From positions 62,001 through 126,000 of the forward strand of contig JAHRHZ010000282.1 in assembly GCA_024137785.1 (NCBI GenBank): DNA of 64,000 nt. Direction: 5' to 3'. Position 1 is the stretch's first letter. Each line of letters opens with the position of its first letter. This stretch comes from Ginglymostoma cirratum (Eukaryota). Made by a program: the position numbers and the translations under genes. Below the pieces are notes generated by a model. It worked only from the letters and a program-made list of their open reading frames with translations, was not told the DNA's origin and ran no database searches. Below, piece by piece: positions 37,011 to 48,859 of the stretch.

Positions 37011-37525
37011 AGATTTTGAGCGACGATTAGTCAAGTCGCATCGCTGTGTACGTAGTACTGAGCCTTGCAGTAATATGTGGCAGTGTCTTCAATTCTGATA
37101 TCCCGAATTTCCAAAGAAAATGTCTTTTATGCTTTATTCATGGACACAACAAATCTTCCACCGCCCGAGATCCGCTCCCATTCCGTCGCTTCCCGTGTTT
37201 GTCTGAAGAAACTTCCACTCTTAAAATAATGATAAAATTTACGGCTATTAAAAACACAGTTGATGCTGACAGACTGGCACTCCTTCCTGGTCACCACTAC
37301 CGGGCTCTGTGTCACTGACTGACCGAAATATCCTGGAAGTGAAACAGAGAGAGGTTCGTGGGACTTAGAAGAGACCCTCACAACGATGTTAAAACCCCAT
37401 GCTGTGACTGTGATTTGGACGTGCGCAGCCAGTAATGTAATTTTACTTCTGTACAATGTCGGTTTGTGAAATCGGTACTTACTCGGTAAACATAGACACA
37501 GGATCTACACAAGGAGTGTATCCAT
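37011..37525 (-). pseudogene. NAR-TCR V (IgNAR-like V domain): leader 37525-37483, V exon 37332-37049, RSS 37048-37011
   Basis: Leader MDTLLV*ILCLCLP|gtaagt; YFGQSVTQSPVVVTRKECQSVSINCVFNSRKFYHYFKSGSFFRQTREATEWERISGGGRFVVSMNKA*KTFSLEIRDIRIEDTATYYCKAQYYV; IgNAR-like short FR2/CDR2, extra FR1 Cys; CACAGCG + 22 nt + TCAAAATCT; two stops. Confidence 0.92.
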
Positions 37526-37662
37526 CGTTCCCGTGCTTAGAGTTGTTCGGTTGAGTGATGGGAATGGCAAACGACTCTGGGAGACTGCGTCGTGAGCTGC
37601 ATTGAACTGGTGTAGAAGGATGGAATTGACTTGCAGGTGGCAGTGTCCGTAAAGTGATTAAT

Positions 37663-37750
37663 AGGCCAATGGATTCAGGGTCTATGGACGTGCCTTGTCT
37701 GGATAAACGAGAGGTTTAAAGAGCTTACAACCTGTTGTTTTACGTCACTT
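37663..37750 (-). promoter_or_regulatory. Candidate NAR-TCR V promoter elements (CCAAT box, CRE-like AGTGACGTA)
   Basis: ggccaatgg at about 37663; tacgtcact at 37741-37749, about 220 nt upstream of the ATG; a similar tacgtca lies about 210 nt upstream of the Va ATG (7586-7592). Confidence 0.4.
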
Positions 37751-39349
37751 CATCAGTTCTATGATCTGGATGTGCAATCCCCTCCCTTATTGGCCCAATG
37801 CACAGATGTGGGGGTGGGGATGAATGTGGGGACATGTTCTATCAGGAGTCACTGCAGCCCTCCTTGGCCACGCAGGAATGAGCTGGGCGCTTGGTCCGTG
37901 TTTGCATTGGGTGAGATGTGCTGAGCAAAGAATGTGGAGGTGTGATGCTCGGAGAACCCAAAATCAACCTCCCCGACTCCACCATCCCCACCATTACATT
38001 CCTTTACTCCTTGCTACACCACGTACGCATTTTAATTCAACAGTGCTTGTGATTATTTAACGCTGAGCAGATCATCGGGACCTCGGTCAAACATCTGATC
38101 GGGAAAACTGAACCTCAAATCCAGCAGCTTCACTCTGTCTTGCAACAGACGACTGGATAGCAAGATGATATAGTCCAGTGAGAATGTTGTGGTGAAGAAA
38201 AAGAGTTTACGAGACGAACAGGCTTTCACAGACATTTAGACAAGCATTTTCTGCAACAGCCCTTCCTGACTGTTGTTATACTTTAAGGCGAGAAATATTT
38301 TACACGTTTGAATGAGATTGTTGCCTGTTCTTCTAAACTGTAAAGAAAACAATCTGAGACTCTGCTGTGTACGATCCGAACATTCCAATAATCAGTTTGT
38401 GAAGCACCTTTAATATCCATCTCTGTAATAGGGGTTAGTGCTGGTGGTGGGAAGTGTTCTTTCTGAAGGAGTCTCTCTAAGACTTTTCACTATCAAATGG
38501 TGTGTGACCTGCTGTGAATATCCCGATGTCTGCTCTTATCAGTTTTTAATGTCGCTGAGTTTTGTTCTTTTCTTTTCCTTAAACCTCTGCTATAACTTGG
38601 TCTGGGTGGAACACTGATATACAGAGGATTTTAAGTCTGTTAAAGTCAATCACTATCCAAAGCAGAAGGATTCGACTGGCGCTCTGTTAGTATCATATCA
38701 TTAAAGAAGAAGCTTTCAAGATGTCAAGTGAATGATGACGTTTTGGACCACTTCCAGCATTCACAGTGACAGAAACAGTTACTGCTCCGATTCCAACGAC
38801 TCTCCTTTGGAGTGTGTTCGACAGATGCTGCCAGAGCTGCTAAATTTCCACAACACATCGATGTCATTGTTTCAGATCTCCAATATCCGCAGCAATTTGC
38901 GCTATGGACGCACATACATGAAACATCAATTCTGGACACACTTTCAATCTTGTTATAAATATTGTACCATTGGCGACAGTGCCTCCGTCTGCATGGACCG
39001 TAAAACCTGGAATTTCCTCCGGAAGTATTTGATAACATTTTACTTTGTTTTCATCCTTGAAAACACACCTTGTAACTGACCACTTTGACCAAGATTTTGG
39101 TCATATGATTTAATTTGATGTTAATTCCTGTGAAAATCCGAAACATTTTTTACTTTAAATCTATAGTCCTTAAGTTATTGCTTTTCAGTGAGACATGACT
39201 ACTGACTGTGTGAAAGAGTCTTTACCAATGTAAATCACAAGAGGCAGACTGTTATAGCAGAGCTGGGAAAGATTGACATCTGAATCCACTGACTTGTTCT
39301 TGTTCTCTGGATCACGCATGATGTTCTCACTTTTAAAAATCCTTTATTT

Positions 39350-42300
39350 TTGAAGACAGTGTGTAAAGACCGAAATACCGTTCTGTCTGCTGGAGCCGAA
39401 CTAATTCATTAAGTTAAGAAACGTTTGAGTTTTTTTTTCTTGAAAAAGATGGTACAATGGAAAGGGCAAATAAAGTTTGCCCAGATCAGGATTTTTTTAA
39501 AGTTTATTTTACCCGTACATGTAGAAGCTTTTGGTGTCCCAGAAGGTATGCAAGATTCAGTAAATGTTTATTAACCGTAGCTTTCTCTGAAATCTCTTGT
39601 CATGTTGTTCCCTCATGGAGTGGGAAACGGCACTTAATTGTTTGGGTCTGAATTTACCTTTTTGCCAAGTGTTGTGCTTTTGTTGATACTATTATGATGG
39701 AGCCATTAATTGCTAATAGGTTCTGTATGTAGTTTTCCAATGCTTAAGTTATTCTAAATCCCCTGTTTATTTTGCTTGTATTTGAAATGTACTGTTGAAA
39801 TAAATTGTGTTTTTCTGAACGTGGCGTGACTTGACCAGTTTCCTCACATCTGGAACACACACTTCACATCTACCTTCAAAATAAGAAAAATTTAGTGTGC
39901 TGGTTACATTCTTAAATTATTTTGAGGGGGTCTGGTCTGCTGCCTAACAAACTGAAGGCTAGTCCGCTATCTCGTCCTATAATTCCAATTTTGTTTTAAG
40001 TTTGTTGGACTCAACGGCTGTGAATCGTCCGTGTTAGTGTCTTTTGTTTCGTGTGTTGAATTCGGGTGTTTCAAATATGGCGTGCTTTGTGCAGCAATGG
40101 CTTTTTTAGTCACCAAGAGTTTTCTTGGTGTGGAAGAAGTTACTTCTGGATTTCTGCTGAAAGGTGGGGAAGGCAAAACTGTTGGAATTGGAAGGCAAGC
40201 TAGAAAGGGTTTTGTCTTTGTGAGAAAAGGGGTGATAATTATAACAACAGGTCAGCATTTAAATTTGCTGGAAATGTCATCGGAATCTTTGGAAATGTCT
40301 AGAATTCAATCGCAGATGAAGTTGCTTGAACATGAAAAGGAAATGAAACACTTTGAATGACGATTAAATGCAGAAGAAAGGGAAATGGAAAGAATAGCCC
40401 TGACCGAATAAAAAAGAAAAGTAAAGAATGACCCTAGCAAAACAAATGGGAAAGGAAATATCCTTGGCAGAAGGAAAAGGAAAGGAGAGGAAGGCCCTAA
40501 GCGGTGAAAAGGAGAAATCGAGAGAAGAACAGCAGAAAGAGAAAGGGTTTGAATTTCAAAAGTTTGCAGTTAGATGGGAATGTCGACTTAAAAGTATGAA
40601 TTTAAAAAGTAGGCTTACAGATGATCGTGATGACTACCGAACCCATTGTAGCCAACAACCTGGTGGGGATCTGTTTAAATATGCCCCGTCATTGTGTACA
40701 TTTGACGATAAGGATGTCCAAGCCTTTGTAATTTCATTTGTGAAGATGGTTAAACAAATGAGTTGGCCGGTGAGCACATGGATTTTGTTGATCCAAACAA
40801 ACTTGAGAGGGAGAGCTAATGAAGTGTTTGTATTACTATCAGAGGAGGTATCTGGGGCTATGAAGAAAGCCATTTTAAGTACAAATGATCTAGTGTTAGA
40901 AGCCGACAGAAAACGTTTCAGGAATCTCAGGAGGAACCCTGGTCAAACAGAGATTGAGTTTGGAAGAATCTAACAAAGTAATTTTGTTCGGTGGATAAGG
41001 TAATTAAAATTAGAGTAAACGATAATTTTGGAGGACTTCAAAAATTCACTTCCAGAAGTAGTGAGAACTGAAGTGAAAGAGCACACAGTCAAAACTGCAA
41101 AATTAGCAACTAAAATGGCTGATGATTATAACTTGTTTCGTAATTCAAATTTTGGCTTCCGACATAAATATCAATCTGTGAGGGATAGAAATTGTGGAAA
41201 AGAGAAATCTTCACATGGTAAGAGAAATGTGAATCTCATTCAAGATAATAATGATAGTTACTCATTAGATAAAAAGGAAAACCATGAAGGCGAAAAAGAA
41301 GTTAAAAAAACTCAGGTATTTTCAGTGCAATGAAGTAGACCACATGAAGTCGCAATGTTGGTCTTTTTAGAAAAGGATGGGTGTAGGAAAACAGGATAAG
41401 CCACTCAATTTTGTTGAAGTGGTAAAGGAAAGCACAGTGGAAGCTAAAAAGTCGCATAAGAATATACATAATGATCGGAGGTTTATTGAGAAGAAAGTTC
41501 CAGAGCGTCTAAAACAATTTACTTGCAAGGGTAAGGTTGACTCGCATATGCCAGGAGAAGTAGTTAAAGAAATTACAGTTTTAAGAGATACAGGATCATG
41601 TCAACCTTTGGTGTTGAGAGATGAGGAGGTATGTAATTCAGACGGACTATTTCCAGAATAAGTGCTAATACTTGAACTCATGGTGAAACAAGAAGTGCTC
41701 CTTTATGTAAAGTGAGATTGGAATGTCCGATGAAAAGCGGAGCAGTGTTTGTTGGAGTATTGGAGAAAGTCTCGGCTCCAGGAATCCAATTTGTCGTTGG
41801 TATTGATATAGCTGTATCACAGGTAGGAACGCTGCCTACGTGATTGAAAAGCCACTGGAAAATCGGGCTCATGAGGTATTACCGAAGGTATATGCTGGGA
41901 TTTTTCCTGACTGCATGATTACAATGTCACAGAGTCACAGGTTAAAGTAGGAGGAGAAATCAAAGAATAAAGATAAGGAGGTTGAAGCAAAATTATCAGA
42001 GACCATGTTTGCTCGAATGTTTCAGGGAAAGAAAAGAACAGGTGTTCTGAGGAAGGTTCACCAGACGATAAATGTTACCTCTGATTTCTCTCCAGAGATG
42101 CTGCCAGATCTGCTGAGCTTTTGCAAAAACTTCTGTTTCTGTTGCAAGTGGAGGCTAAAGTGGGTATTTTTAGTTCAGAGAAATTAGCTGAGTTAAAACA
42201 GAAAGATGAAAAACCGAAGGCAATGTGTCAAAAAAAAGTGCACATAAGAAGAATCTGAGTGCATTCCAGAATGTTGCTATCTTAAAATTGATAACTTGAC

Positions 42301-44850
42301 GAGGAAATGGAGGCCATCACATATCTAGGCAAGTGTGACATGGGCAGACGTTCATCATGTTGTTTTACCAATGAGTTACAGAAAGGAGGTATTACCAGCA
42401 GCAAACAAAATAACAGTCGGATGTTATTTAGGGGTAAGAAAAACTCAAAACAAAATACAGAAACATTTTTACTGGGCTGGTCTCCAATCGGACATAGTTG
42501 AATTTTGACAGACATGTCATACGTGTCAGGTAATTGGAAAACCTTAGGCAGTGATAAAACCAGCAACTTTAGTATCCGTTCCAGCATGTGAGGAACCTTT
42601 TTCAAGCGTTTTAATGGATTGCATAGGACCCCGACAAGCAACAAGATGTTGGAATCAGTATTTGTTGACAATAATAGAGTATCCGCTGGAATTCCGGAGC
42701 CCATTCCAACGCACAATATCATAACTAAAAGGATTGTGGAAGAGTTATTCAAAATTTTCAGCAGAAGTGGATTACCCACAGAGAAACAATCAGGTCAAGG
42801 TGTCAAATTTTACAACAAAATTATTGAGGGAAGTTATGGATAGCTTAGAAATAAAATAATTCAAATCCACCGTGTACCATCCAGAATTGCAGCGAGCACT
42901 GGAACGGTGGCATCAAAATGTAAAAACTATGTTGAGAGCTTACAGTCAAGACTATCCAGAGGATTGGGATGCAGCAAATGAATCGGCCAAATTCAGCCCA
43001 TTTGAATTAGTTGTTGGGCATGAGGTGAAAGAACCACTGAAATTAATTATGGAGAAATTGATGAATCCGAGTTCAAAGGCTACATATTTGAGCTATATGT
43101 CAAATCTTAGAAGAACTATTAATGAGAGCAAATGAGCTGGCTCGAGAGTATTTGACAGTATCACAGAACGTGCTGACAGGAAAGCAAAAATTTGCAATTC
43201 TACTCGTGGAGATACCGTTAATCCCAGTGACAGGTGAACTTTGAAAGTTAAGGTCTGGTCAGCGTTATGAAATCGAAACGAGATTGAGTGAGGTGAACTA
43301 TTTAATAAGAACGCCAGATAGGAAAAAAAATCTCACAAACGGTGTCATGTGAATATGCTGAAAAGGTATTTTGGCAGGGAAGGAAAACAAATGCAGAATG
43401 TGTTACTGATCACAACACAGAGAGAAAAACCAAGTTCTGGGTGCTCTAGTTTCCTCCCACAATCCAAAGATGTGCTGGCTAGGTGGATTGGTCGTGGTAA
43501 ATTGCCCATCGTGTTCAGGGATGTGCTGATTAGTTGAGTTATGAGGGATGGGTCGAGGTGGGATGTCTGAGAGTCGGTGTGGAATTGTGTGCCCGAAGGG
43601 TCTGTTTCCACTCTATGGGATTCTATGATTCTGAGTTGGAGTTTCCTCAAATTAAATTAGACAATGAGGAAGTTCTGCAAAACTGGGATGAATCATTGTG
43701 TTACCTTCCAGAGGAAAATCGAAATGTCCTGAAAGACTGACACAGAGGGAGATATGTGGGTATACCAGGGAAGGAGTACTCTAATTACGCATGATGTAGA
43801 TATAAGAAACATTGTTTCCTTTGAACACTTAATTTGGCACAGGCTCAAAAAGAGATTGAACGCACACTTGAAAACAACATAATCAAAGTGAATTGCATCT
43901 AATGATGTTCACCTACAGTAATGGTCCCAAAACCAGATGCTACACAACGATTATCTGTGGACTGAGCATCTATTAGACTTATTCAACCGAATTCGGGAGG
44001 TAGACTTGGTGAAAATCCCGGCTAAGAGTGAATTCGCAAAGACCAGGTAATGTTACTGGGACATTTAATTGGAAATGGACAAATAGCCCCACGGGATGTG
44101 AAAACAAATGTTATTGGGGAGTTTACCTTTCCATGGACGAAGAAGGAAGTACTGCAATTCTTGGGACTGTGTGGTTGTTACTGGAAGTTTGTACCGAATT
44201 TTAACCGTGTCGGTGCTTGAATGACTGAATTGTTGAAGAAATGCAGGAAATTTCAGTGGATGGACGAAGGTCAGAATATATTTGATAGCACAAAAGCTGT
44301 GTTAACCACTGCCCCAGTATTGGTCACTCCTAATAATGTAAGGCTATTCAATGTGGCCATAGATGCCAGTAATGTGGGTGTCAGTGCTGTACACTTGCAA
44401 CGACGAGAAGTTAGAAAGACCTATTGGCTGCTTTTTCCGGAAAATTGATTAATCATCAATAGAAATATTCCACGATTGATAAGGAGACCTTAAGCTTGGT
44501 ATTAACGTTGCAACATTCCAACATTTACAGCAGTACAAATGTGTCTGAGACAGCTGTATGTATTAATCATAACCCATTAATGTTTCTGGGATATTAAGGA
44601 ATAAAAATTCCAGACTGTTCAGTTGGAGCTCATTACTGCAATCATTCAATTTGAAAGTTATACACGTGGCAGGGCAAGTGAAAATTATTGCTGACGCATT
44701 GTTGCAACTTTAATGAAGGAAGTCAGAGGCGTTCAGTGGCGGAAGAAAAGACGGAGTCAAATAGACTGTACTAGTGAATGTTTGCATGCTTAGAGTCAAT
44801 GAAATGTATATGTCCTTTAGTGTATCAGTAGACTAAGACTAAAGTTGTTC
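39350..44850 (+). mobile_element. Decayed Gmr1-like Ty3/Gypsy LTR retrotransposon (gag-PR-IN-RT-RNaseH order)
   Basis: Putative LTR end TAACA 39945-39949 then degenerate tRNA-Pro-like PBS 39953-39970; capsid/SCAN-like MSWPVSTWILLIQTNLRGRA..RKRFRNLRRNPGQ; protease LRDTGS (about 41580); integrase FSRSGLP..QG and YHPELQRALERWHQ (42700-43100); RT remnant MVPKPD (43921); RNase H IDASNVGVSAV (44360). Confidence 0.88.
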
Positions 44851-44867
44851 AAAAATAAAGCCAGAGA

Positions 44868-44990
44868 TAGTAGGAATTGCCGATGCTGGAGTCTGAGATA
44901 ACAAGGTGTAGAGCTGGATGAACACAGCAAGCCAGGCAGTATCAGAGAAGCGGGAAAGCTGACGTTTCGGGTCTGGACCCTTCTTCAGAA
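44868..44990 (+). repeat. Short interspersed shark repeat (related copies at about 490-595, 55530-55605 and 58470-58760)
   Basis: GATGCTGGAG..GAGATAACAAG.GTGTAGAGCTGGATGAACACAGCA..GACGTTTCGGG..ACCCTTC. Confidence 0.7.
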
Positions 44991-45501
44991 CATTCTGTGC
45001 TTCAGCTCTATGCCTGGAATTACATTTACTCGAGCAGTACTGGCGACACAGACGCAGGAACACATCCTCCCCCGATGAGAACCATCTGGATCTAAACTTG
45101 TCCCAAAACGCAGCACTGTTATGGAGGAATTAGCAAATGTTCCTGAGTGAATAACAATGTCAGAGTTCGGCTAAATATCGAGACAGGAGTGAGGCCATTG
45201 AGAAGATTTGACATGGGCCGGGCTTTTAAAATCAACGACTGCTTCCAGTTTTCCCTTCAAGTCGGGAGGTGAAATGGGAAATCACCTTGTTAGAAGAGAG
45301 TGGCCTGTACATTAGAGGAAGTTTCGTTTCATCTGTCGAAGCTCTTCCCGGTCCCAGTCACTGAGTTGTATGAAATGGATTCTTGTTTAGCTTCCCTGCC
45401 CTATTTGTTTGGTTATTGTTCAAGGTGAACGGGCTGATTCTGTGCGGTAAGAATTAATGAAATTACTTTTTTAAATTTACTATCACTCCTGTTTCTTACA
45501 G

Positions 45502-45830
45502 GACTTTGTCTTGCAGATTCTGTCTCACAAACACCGGCCATAATCGCAGTGAATGAAGGTGAAGATCGCCTGTCATTCTGTAATTACGCAGCGACAACAA
45601 GCAGTGATCCTTACCTGTTCTGGTACCGTCAGCATTCCAGCGGCTCCATGGAGTATCTCCTAAAGAGAAATCAATATATCAGGAACTCAGAGGGAATTCC
45701 AGCACGCCGGTTTTCCTCGGAGTTTGATCATGTGAACCGCACTATTCACCTGAAAGTATCGAAAACAGAACTGATAGACTCCACAGTGCGCCCCACAGAC
45801 TCTGAACTGGCTTGACCCCGTAGCAAAACT
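45502..45830 (+). pseudogene. TCR V pseudogene (V5), paralogue of V1
   Basis: LCLADSVSQTPAIIAVNEGED..FCNY..LFWYRQHSSGSMEYLL..DFDHV-like EFDHVNRTI..ELIDSTVR; the YFC motif is deleted (15 nt versus V1); CACAGAC (45794-45800) + 21 nt + AGCAAAACT; no leader found. Confidence 0.9.
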
Positions 45831-46539
45831 GACAGAGAGCCACTGAACATGACAGTACAATTAGAAAACAGTGAGACGTGGGCCAGATATGAAGTTGTTC
45901 CCGAATTCACAGTGATATCTCATGCCTCTCAGTCGAACACAAAGCTTTAATCGTTAATAATCTGTTATTAAAATAAACTAATACCATCAGTTCATTGAAT
46001 GAAAAAACAAATAATTTATTGCGTGGTTTTCGACATGTCCCAAAGTGTTTCAATGTTTCAGAGACGATGTGATGTCGCAAATGCAACAGCCAGTTCAACA
46101 CAAACAAAATCCTCCGGTTACGCAGAGAATTGCAGCGCTCAGTTTGTGAGACAATAACCTGTCATGTGATTCTAACAATGAAACACTCGTACAACTCGAA
46201 CATTGGCAAACACATTGCGGGTTATTGAGTACTGTCCCTCTACCTTCACATGTGTAGCCCCAGAATCGTGAGTGATAGATTTAGTGGTTCAGGATTCATG
46301 CAGCCTTGGTTTAAAATGTAAACGAAACTGGGAGTGAACTCACATCTGAACAACATTAACCGATTAAAGGCGTTTTGTGTTGACTGAGTCAGAACCCCGA
46401 GTGAAATACTTCTTAAAGATATTGATCTGACATCTATATGTATCTTCAACATTGAGTCTTCAATTCCCGGGTTGAAAAAGACTCCCAAATCTGGAAACGG
46501 AGCATTGGAAAGAAAGGAGTCTAGAATTTCAAATTCAAC

Positions 46540-46690
46540 TGGATTCTGGTGCCTGTCAAATCAATTGAACAACAGCTCGTCATCGCCAACACATTCTTCA
46601 AGCAAAAGGACAATTTCAAGACTTCTTGGAGACATCCATTTTCAAAATACTGGCGCATGATCGACTACCTCATAATTCGATCCCACAGAC
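46540..46690 (+). mobile_element. RTE-clade LINE endonuclease fragment
   Basis: LVIANTFFKQKDNFKTSWRHPFSKYWRMIDYLIIR, resembling the RTE/BovB APE C-terminal motif. Confidence 0.7.
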
Positions 46691-46694
46691 AAAC

Positions 46695-47020
46695 ATGTGG
46701 CTCAGTGGTTAGCAGGGCTGCTTCAAAGCACCGAGGACCCGTGTTTTGTTCCGCCTTGGCGCGACTGCCTGTGTGGAGTTCGTACATTTTCCCCCTGTCT
46801 GCGTGGGTTTCTGCTGGGTGTTCTGGCTTCGTGCCACAGACCAAAGATGTGAAAGTTAGGTGGATTGGGCATTCTAAATTGCCAATAGTGTACAGAGATG
46901 TGTCGGTTAGGTGTGTTAACCATGGAAGATCCAAGGAAAGGGGAGCAGGATGGGTCTGGATAGGATGCTCTCCTAAGCAGACTTGAATGATCTATTTCCA
47001 CACTGGCGGGATTGTATGGA
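46695..47020 (+). mobile_element. HE1-like SINE
   Basis: GTGGCTCAGTGGTTAGCA head, CCAAAGATGTG..GTTAGGTGGATTGG body, TTTCCACACTG tail. Confidence 0.72.
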
Positions 47021-48859
47021 TGAAAAGGATTTCCTTATCTCTAAAGTGATGACTGTTGCAGATGACTAATGGACAGATCACCGACTCAGTCTTCCTCTAT
47101 GTCTGTAGCTTGGTCCCAAAAAAACTTTGAAAACGAAGAAACAATTCAGAAGAATATTCAATGTGGAGGGGCGACATAGTCTCGGAATGCAAGGGTGCAG
47201 CCACTCATTCAAACTTTGTGAATAATAACATTGACTTATGTCCCATTTAAAAAAATGTTTACGCTTTCCCCTGTGAGGCCAATATGATAAACATTACATG
47301 AGAGAAACACTGTGCTGGACAGATCAAAAGTGGGCCTGGTTAGAATGCTAATCTGTGCAGTTGGACAGCACTTTCGATCGAAGATGTAGAGTTTGGCTTG
47401 AATAACTGGGAATTCTGGTGGCAAATTGATCTGAAAAAGAAGTCATGAAACGACACAGCATATCAGTAGATAATTTCTGTGCCAGCTCTTTTCAAATAAC
47501 TTGCAATTTATCCCAATTTCCTTCTGTTTCTCCAAATCTCTTATCTCTTAACATTCCAGTTATTATCCAGTAGTTGTTGAAAACCCCGACTGAAGAAAAA
47601 ATGAAAATATTGAGTCGTTTTTCCAGTCGCCATGTTTGAAAATTAACTATTACAGACACAAAAGCAAGCAGGGTTGTACTTAGGTACTTTATGCTGTTTT
47701 TGACCTTGTAAAGAACCTCTCAAAGTTGCCCTTGAATGCGTCAGTCTTGTCTCATTGTTAAGCTTGATGGATTTTGGATGTTTAAAGCAGTGTATCTGTA
47801 GCTTGTGGCTTTACTTACCTTCGCTTTTCACCTCAATTTCATCTCTAATACACTTGAAGATGTCATTGGCTGAAGAGACCGCTTGTGTCTGAATTAAATT
47901 TGCTGTTGTTCGGTGCTCCCACTCTTGTCTCACTGGCTTGATCCTCATCAGGGAATATAGCAGGAGAGGCAGGCGAAGGTCTCGTGGTATTACCGCTGGA
48001 CTGTTCATCCAGAGACCCAAATAATTTTATGGGGACCTGGGCACAAATCCTGCCATGGCAAATGGTGGAATTTGAATTGAGTTAAAAAAATGGAATTAAG
48101 AATATAATGATGACTATGAATCTATTGTCGATTGTCTGAAAAACCCAGTCCTGCTGGAACAGAGACACGCCAGGTAACTCCATCAATAAACACATTGAAT
48201 TGGACCCTGTGCACAAACCATTGAGAAACAGAGAGGGAAGTAATATCAACCACTACACAAACCGAGGGATATAAGTAACAAGCAGGACAGAACACTGATA
48301 CTTCATCGGAGGTGCACTGGAAATACTGTCTAGCAGTATGACGAAATGTTTGCACCCAAACCCATCGGCTCAGCAAACATGTCTATAACCTCAAACACGA
48401 TCACTGCTCAAGTTCAATGGTGAATCTTGAAAAACAGTGAATTTACAGACAAAAGGTGACAAGAGGAAATGCAGCATCACTCACTATTCTCTACACAAAG
48501 AAATATACATCGACAGCCGCACATCGTTAAATATTATTGGAAAGAACAGTAGGGGACTATTTGGCCCTTCATATCCTGCTTACTCTGACTATATCTCTTG
48601 TCACATACTCAATCTCAGAGCTGCCAGAGGAGGTGGTGGAAACGGGCACTTTGGCGGCATTTGAGAGGCTTCTGGATGATTAGTTGGATAGGGAGGGATA
48701 GAGGGATGTGAACCGAATAAGGTTAGAAGGTTTTTTTTAGTTTATTCAGGGCATGATGATAGGCACAGGCTTGGAGGGCTGAGGGGCCTGTTCCGATGCC
48801 ATACTTCTGCTTTGTTCTTTTTTGTTCTTTCGTTCAGTGTGTCAAAATGCACAGTGATC

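Noticed and set aside
37049-37332. Alternative call as a secreted IgNAR gene or an NKp30-like receptor
   Set aside because: It has an RSS, one D and a J that splices in phase to a TCR Vdelta exon; no NAR constant or transmembrane exons follow
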